Of a stretch of 64,000 nucleotides of DNA, positions 59,184-64,000 are shown piece after piece. Every line of letters begins with the position of its first letter. Position 1 is the stretch's first letter. The notes under the pieces were generated by a model. That model made no database searches. It was given only the letters and a program-made list of their open reading frames with translations, and had not been told where the DNA came from. A program made the position numbers and the translations under genes. Source of the stretch: Myxococcota bacterium (lineage in GTDB: Bacteria; Myxococcota_A; UBA9160; UBA6930); assembly GCA_965223705.1 (NCBI GenBank), contig OZ245015.1, positions 800,001 to 864,000 of the forward strand, given 5' to 3'.

Positions 59184-59981
59184 ATGCGTGCCGAGGGAGA
59201 GGACCGCGAGCAGAGAGCTCACGTCCGTCCGCACTCCGAGCTGAAAGCTCGGGGCTGCGAGGACCGCAAAATCAACCGAGGCGTGGTCGCCGCGGCCGCA
59301 GTCGGGGCGCTGCTGGTCTCGTGGCTCGCGTCGGGTTCGCTCAGTCCGGCCGAGGCCGGGGCGGAGCTGCGCGCAAACAGTGTTTGTGAAGCGCAAGAGC
59401 TGAAGGCCCAAAAAGAGGCCGACCCGCACCTCGAAATCGTGATCCCGCCGGAGTACGACAAGCCATTCCCGTCGCTGTCGGCATGCCGCTCCCACGATCT
59501 CGCGTGGGACCCCGACGCGCCCGGTCCCCTTCAGCCAATTCCCTTTAGCCACGCGCACCACGCCGGCGAGTTCGAGATCGAGTGCCTTTACTGCCACTCG
59601 GGAACCGACCGGTCGCGGGCCGCCGGTGTTCCGTCCGTCGAATTGTGCATGGGCTGCCACAACGCTTTCTCCAAGGACTACGACGAACTCGAAGGCATTC
59701 GAATTCTGAAACAGCACTGGGAAGAAAAGAAACCGATCGAGTGGAAGCAGATTCATCGTCTGCCGGAACACGCCAAGTTCCGCCACAACCGCCACGTCAA
59801 AGCCGGGGTCGAGTGCCAGACGTGCCACGGCCCCGTCGAAGAGCTCGACAAGCTCTACCTGGTCCCCGACACGAACGCCGGCCCGACGCTGCTTCCCACC
59901 AAGAAGCTCGAAATGGGCTGGTGCATCAACTGCCACCGCGAGAACGGCGTCTCGCAGGATTGTCTCACCTGCCACTACTAG
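59184..59981 (+). CDS. actA: Alternative complex III pentaheme cytochrome c subunit
   Basis: QPIPFSHAHH; five CxxCH (CLYCH, CMGCH, CQTCH, CINCH, CLTCH); upstream of actB/actC; start could be GTG 59283. Confidence 0.88.
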   Translation: MRAEGEDREQRAHVRPHSELKARGCEDRKINRGVVAAAAVGALLVSWLASGSLSPAEAGAELRANSVCEAQELKAQKEADPHLEIVIPPEYDKPFPSLSACRSHDLAWDPDAPGPLQPIPFSHAHHAGEFEIECLYCHSGTDRSRAAGVPSVELCMGCHNAFSKDYDELEGIRILKQHWEEKKPIEWKQIHRLPEHAKFRHNRHVKAGVECQTCHGPVEELDKLYLVPDTNAGPTLLPTKKLEMGWCINCHRENGVSQDCLTCHY

Positions 59982-60008
59982 GCAGGCAACGTCGTTCGAG
60001 GGAAACGC

Positions 60009-63000
60009 ATGCCCGAAATTGCTCGCCGTGACTTTCTGAAGCTGGTCGGTACCAGCGCCGGTGCGGCCGCCGCCGCAGGTTGTTCAGACCACGTCACGAA
60101 TCTGATTCCGTACGTTGTGCAACCCGAGGAGATCACGCCCGGACTGCCGGTGTACTACGCATCGACGTGTCGTGAGTGCCCGGCCGGTTGCGGGATCCAT
60201 GTGAAGACCCGTGAGGGCCGCCCGGTCCTCATCGAGGGAAACCCGGATCACCCCGTCAACCGCGGTGCGCTCTGTGCCCGAGGCCAGGCGTCGATCGGAC
60301 GGACGTATCACCCGGAGCGATTCAAAGGGCCGATGCTGCGGAACGGCGACGGCGAGCTCGAGCCGATCAGTTGGGACGATGCCATCGCGCGCCTCGCGAG
60401 CGAGGTCGGCAAGAACGCGCGTTCGACCCACTTCCTCGGTTCGCATCCGGGCGAGACGCTGTCGCGCCTGATGGACGAGCTGGTCGGTGCCATGGGCGCT
60501 TCGCGAACGGTGATGGAAACGTTCGCCGACGAATCCCTTCGCGAGGCCGCGAGACAAGTATTCGGCGAAGCCGCGCTGCCGGTTTTTGACTTGAGTGACG
60601 CCGATCTGGTGATCGATTTCGGCAACGAGTTGCTCGACACGGGCCTCTCACCCACCGAGCACCAGCGCCAGCTGGCCGACGCCCGCGATCCCGATAAACA
60701 CGAACACGGCGGCGCCCGGTTGGTCTACGTCGGTTCCCGCCTTTCACTGACGGCCTCGAGCGCCGACGAATGGCTCCCGGCCGTGCCCGGGACCGAGGGC
60801 ATGCTCGCGCTCGCGCTGGCCCAGGTGGCGATGAGCGCCGGCGGTGACACGTCGCTGGCAACGGCCGTGGGATCCGTCGACGTCAACAGCGTGGCGCAAT
60901 CGTCAGGCGTTCCCGCGGACACTATCGAGCGTATCGGTCGCGCGATTGCCAAGGGCAAACGCGTCGTCGCGCTGCCGCCGGGACCGGCGGTCAAGAGCCG
61001 ACGCGCGATCGGGGCGACCGCTGCGGTGCTGGTGCTGAACGCCGTCGCCGGTGCTCTCGGTCGGGGCATGACCCTCTCATCCGCGGGCGATCGCGGTCGA
61101 CCGAACTACCGCGACGTCTTGGCCCTGGTGAAGCAGATGCAGGACGGAGCGGCTTCGGTGCTTTTCGTGCATGGCGCGAATCCCGTCTACGCGCTCCCGA
61201 AAGCCGCCGGTTTTGCAGAAGCGCTCGCGAAGGTGGGCTTCGTCGTTTCCACCGCAAGCGCGCCGGACGATACGACCGCCCACGCGCATCTCATCTTGCC
61301 GGACCACACCCCCCTCGAGAGCTGGGGGGATGTGTCGCCCCGCGACGGTGTCCGCGACCTGGTTCAGCCTTCGATCCGTCCTCTCTACGACACCCGCTCG
61401 CTCGGCGACGTATTGCTCGCCACCGCACGCGCGATCGGCGGCAGCGCGGCGGCAGCCGCGCCGGAAGGAGACTTCCAAGCGGTGCTGGCCAGCGCATGGG
61501 CGGACACCGACTTCCGCAAAGCCCAGGCCGACGGCGGTGTCTTCACGCAGGCACCGGCGGTGACCGCGACGCCGACCGGCGCCCCGATCGACGCTTCGCT
61601 GCCGAAGCTTTCGGGCGAAGGCGATTACACCCTGGTCGCTTTTCCGCACAGCTTCTTGTACGACGGCAGCGGCGCGGATCTCCCGTGGTTGCAGGAGATT
61701 CCCGATCCGGTGACGAGCGTCGCGTGGCAGAGTTGGGCGGAAATCAGCCTGACGACCGCGGACAAGCTCGGGGTCGAGCTCGGCGACGTCATCGCCATCG
61801 AGACTTCCGCCGGCTCGATCGAAGTCCCGGTTTATCCGCGCGGCGGGATCCGCGACGACGTCGTCGCCGTCCCGATTGGCCAGGGGCACGAACACGGTTA
61901 CTGGGCCTCAAAGACCTGCGACGGCATCCCCGGCGAGGCACGCGGCGTGAACGTGATCGACGTGCTGTCCGCCGCGGTGGACGAAAGCGGTGGACGAGCG
62001 TGGCTGACCGAGCGCGCGTCGCTCACCAACACGGGCCGCTCTCGGCGCTTGCCCATGCTTCAATGGAGTGACAACAAACGGCAGCGCCAACTCGGCGAAG
62101 TCATCGCCCTCGCGGAACTCGAAGGCGAGCATCACGGCAACGGCGCCGGGGATCATCACGGCAACGGCGCGGGCGATGATCACGGCGGCCACGGCGGCGG
62201 TCACGGGGATCATCACGAGATTCATGAGCCCTACGACGCGGCGGACGACGCGCGCGACGGCATCGAATATCGCTGGGGCATGACCGTCGATCTCGACCGC
62301 TGCAACGGCTGCAGTGCCTGCATCCAGGCGTGTTACATCGAGAACAACGTGCCGGTGGTCGGCGAGCTCGAGACCTTGCGTGTGCGTCAGATGCCCTGGA
62401 TCCGGCTCGACCGTTGGGTCGGCGAGGGTGAGCAAGATCTCCCCTACGGCCGGGTCCATCCCCAGGCCAACGGCGAAAAGCTCGGCGAGACCGACGTTCG
62501 GAATTCGCCGATGTTCTGCCAGCAGTGCGGTTCCGCGCCTTGCGAACCGGTTTGTCCGGTGATCGCGACGTACACCAACGACGAAGGCCTGAACGCCATG
62601 GTGTACAACCGCTGCATCGGCACGCGCTATTGCGCGAACAACTGCCCGTACAAGGTCCGACGCTTCAACTACTTCGACAATCAGATCACCAAGATCCCCG
62701 AGCCGATGCACCTCATGCTGAACCCGGACGTCACGGTCCGCGGCCAAGGCGTGATGGAGAAATGCACGTTCTGCGTGCAGCGGATCCAGGCGGCGAGGCA
62801 GACGGCCAAGGACGAGGGCCGGATGATCGAAGACAGCGAAGTGAAAACGGCCTGTCAGCGCGCGTGCGGGGCCGGAGCGATCGACTTCGGCAACCTGCGC
62901 GCGTCGGGAACACCGTTCCGCAAGAAATTCGACGATCCGAAGCGCGGCTACCACGCGCTCCACGTTCTCAACACTCGCCCCGCGGTCACCTACTTGAAGA

Positions 63001-63029
63001 AGGTACAGCGCGGGAAGGTGGAGGCTTAA
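60009..63029 (+). CDS. actB: Alternative complex III subunit B (molybdopterin-oxidoreductase-like + Fe-S domain)
   Basis: Tat motif ARRDFLK with AAGC lipobox; LPWLQEIPDP; CNGCSACIQAC, CQQC..PCEPVC, YNRCIGTRYCANNC, GVMEKCTFC. Confidence 0.9.
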   Translation: MPEIARRDFLKLVGTSAGAAAAAGCSDHVTNLIPYVVQPEEITPGLPVYYASTCRECPAGCGIHVKTREGRPVLIEGNPDHPVNRGALCARGQASIGRTYHPERFKGPMLRNGDGELEPISWDDAIARLASEVGKNARSTHFLGSHPGETLSRLMDELVGAMGASRTVMETFADESLREAARQVFGEAALPVFDLSDADLVIDFGNELLDTGLSPTEHQRQLADARDPDKHEHGGARLVYVGSRLSLTASSADEWLPAVPGTEGMLALALAQVAMSAGGDTSLATAVGSVDVNSVAQSSGVPADTIERIGRAIAKGKRVVALPPGPAVKSRRAIGATAAVLVLNAVAGALGRGMTLSSAGDRGRPNYRDVLALVKQMQDGAASVLFVHGANPVYALPKAAGFAEALAKVGFVVSTASAPDDTTAHAHLILPDHTPLESWGDVSPRDGVRDLVQPSIRPLYDTRSLGDVLLATARAIGGSAAAAAPEGDFQAVLASAWADTDFRKAQADGGVFTQAPAVTATPTGAPIDASLPKLSGEGDYTLVAFPHSFLYDGSGADLPWLQEIPDPVTSVAWQSWAEISLTTADKLGVELGDVIAIETSAGSIEVPVYPRGGIRDDVVAVPIGQGHEHGYWASKTCDGIPGEARGVNVIDVLSAAVDESGGRAWLTERASLTNTGRSRRLPMLQWSDNKRQRQLGEVIALAELEGEHHGNGAGDHHGNGAGDDHGGHGGGHGDHHEIHEPYDAADDARDGIEYRWGMTVDLDRCNGCSACIQACYIENNVPVVGELETLRVRQMPWIRLDRWVGEGEQDLPYGRVHPQANGEKLGETDVRNSPMFCQQCGSAPCEPVCPVIATYTNDEGLNAMVYNRCIGTRYCANNCPYKVRRFNYFDNQITKIPEPMHLMLNPDVTVRGQGVMEKCTFCVQRIQAARQTAKDEGRMIEDSEVKTACQRACGAGAIDFGNLRASGTPFRKKFDDPKRGYHALHVLNTRPAVTYLKKVQRGKVEA
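62130..62177 (+). repeat. 24-bp coding tandem duplication (HHGNGAGD x2)
   Basis: CATCACGGCAACGGCGCCGGGGAT / CATCACGGCAACGGCGCGGGCGAT. Confidence 0.85.
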
Positions 63030-63030
63030 G

Positions 63031-64000
63031 ATGACGCCGCCGCCGGTCACGTCGATCGCCGAACCGATGCGCCCGCTCTCGCCCGCCGAGGACTCGAAGA
63101 TCAACCGCGACATCCTCGCGGTGATGGACAAGCCCACGCTCGGCTACTGGCTCTGCTTGGGCGCAGCTCTCGCCACGATGCACTTGGCGGGTGGCCTGTG
63201 GGTCTATCAGGTCTATATCGGGCTCGGGCTCGGAGGCTACACACATCCGCTTTTCTGGGGCGCCTACATCGTCACGTTCGTGTTCTGGGTCGGTATCGCC
63301 CACGCCGGCACCCTGATCTCGGCCATTCTCTACCTGTTCCGCGCGAAGTGGAGAAACGCGATCAATCGCGGCGCGGAAGCGATGACGGTCTTCGCGGTCC
63401 TGACGGCCGCGCAGTTCCTGGGCATCCACGTGGGCCGCATGTGGAAGTCGTATTTCATCCTGCCGTACCCGAATCAGCGCGGTTTGTGGGTGAACTTCAA
63501 GAGCCCGCTCATGTGGGACACCTTCGCGGTCTCGACCTACGCCACGATCTCGATCGTCTTCTTCTACATCGGGCTCATTCCCGACCTGGCGATCGCGCGC
63601 GATCGGGCGACGGGTTGGCGCAAGTTCCTCTACACCGCGTTGGCCCTCGGTTGGCAGGGCACCTCGCGCCAGTGGAAGTCGCACTCGCGTGCCGTTCTTC
63701 ACCTCTCGGGCTTGGCGACACCGCTGGTGCTCTCGGTGCACAGCGTCGTGTCCTGGGACTTCGCCGTGTCCATCGTGCCGGGTTGGCACGCGACCATCTT
63801 CGCTCCCTACTTCGTCGCGGGCGCCATTTTCTCGGGCTTCGCGATGGTGCTGACGGTGCTGATTCCGGTGCGTCGGATCTACGGCCTCGAGGCGTACATC
63901 ACCGAATATCACTTCGACATGATGACGCGCTTCATCCTGCTCACATCGCTCATCGTCGGTTACGCGTACGCCACGGAATACTTCGTCGCGTGGTACAGCG
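63031..64000 (+). CDS. actC: Alternative complex III subunit C (NrfD family), truncated by window end
   Basis: Not in the ORF track (no stop); manual translation gives WGAYIVTFVFWVGIAHAGTLISAIL, RGAEAMT, NFKSPLMWD, PLVLSVHSVVSWDF, PGWHATIF. Confidence 0.92.
   Translation, partial: MTPPPVTSIAEPMRPLSPAEDSKINRDILAVMDKPTLGYWLCLGAALATMHLAGGLWVYQVYIGLGLGGYTHPLFWGAYIVTFVFWVGIAHAGTLISAILYLFRAKWRNAINRGAEAMTVFAVLTAAQFLGIHVGRMWKSYFILPYPNQRGLWVNFKSPLMWDTFAVSTYATISIVFFYIGLIPDLAIARDRATGWRKFLYTALALGWQGTSRQWKSHSRAVLHLSGLATPLVLSVHSVVSWDFAVSIVPGWHATIFAPYFVAGAIFSGFAMVLTVLIPVRRIYGLEAYITEYHFDMMTRFILLTSLIVGYAYATEYFVAWYS

Noticed and set aside
62986..63912. 308-aa minus-strand ORF at the window end
   Set aside because: Antisense shadow of actC, which the track missed because it has no stop in the window
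1..64000. Prophage, IS element or defence island
   Set aside because: No integrase, transposase, phage structural, restriction-modification or cas genes recognised; no obvious compositional break

Overview
GC-rich (roughly two-thirds G+C, judged by eye), densely coding bacterial chromosomal segment with about 50 genes. The gene content (alternative complex III, bacterial histone, TopB with Lys-rich tail, receptor Ser/Thr kinase, many beta-oxidation genes) suggests a Myxococcota/deltaproteobacteria-like organism; this is inference. No rRNA, tRNA, CRISPR array, integrase or transposase was recognised. Housekeeping genes include sucA, an M1 aminopeptidase, ettA, dapL, xth, speA, hisS, topB and actA-actB-actC (actC runs off the window). 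Most interesting: (1) a zinc-finger + histone-fold protein (21916-22383); (2) a paralogous MoxR/RavA-type pair, AAA-acidic linker-VWA plus stand-alone AAA, built like chelatase D/I subunits, both with an atypical DD Walker B (33418-36201); (3) an operon of an ATP-grasp ligase, an inactive transglutaminase-7TM protein and two exported metallopeptidases (547-5630); (4) a HisRS resembling plant organellar HisRS; (5) a type-I-topology TPR receptor kinase; (6) an XRE gene that apparently needs a non-canonical start codon. All family assignments come from motif recognition by eye; no searches were run.
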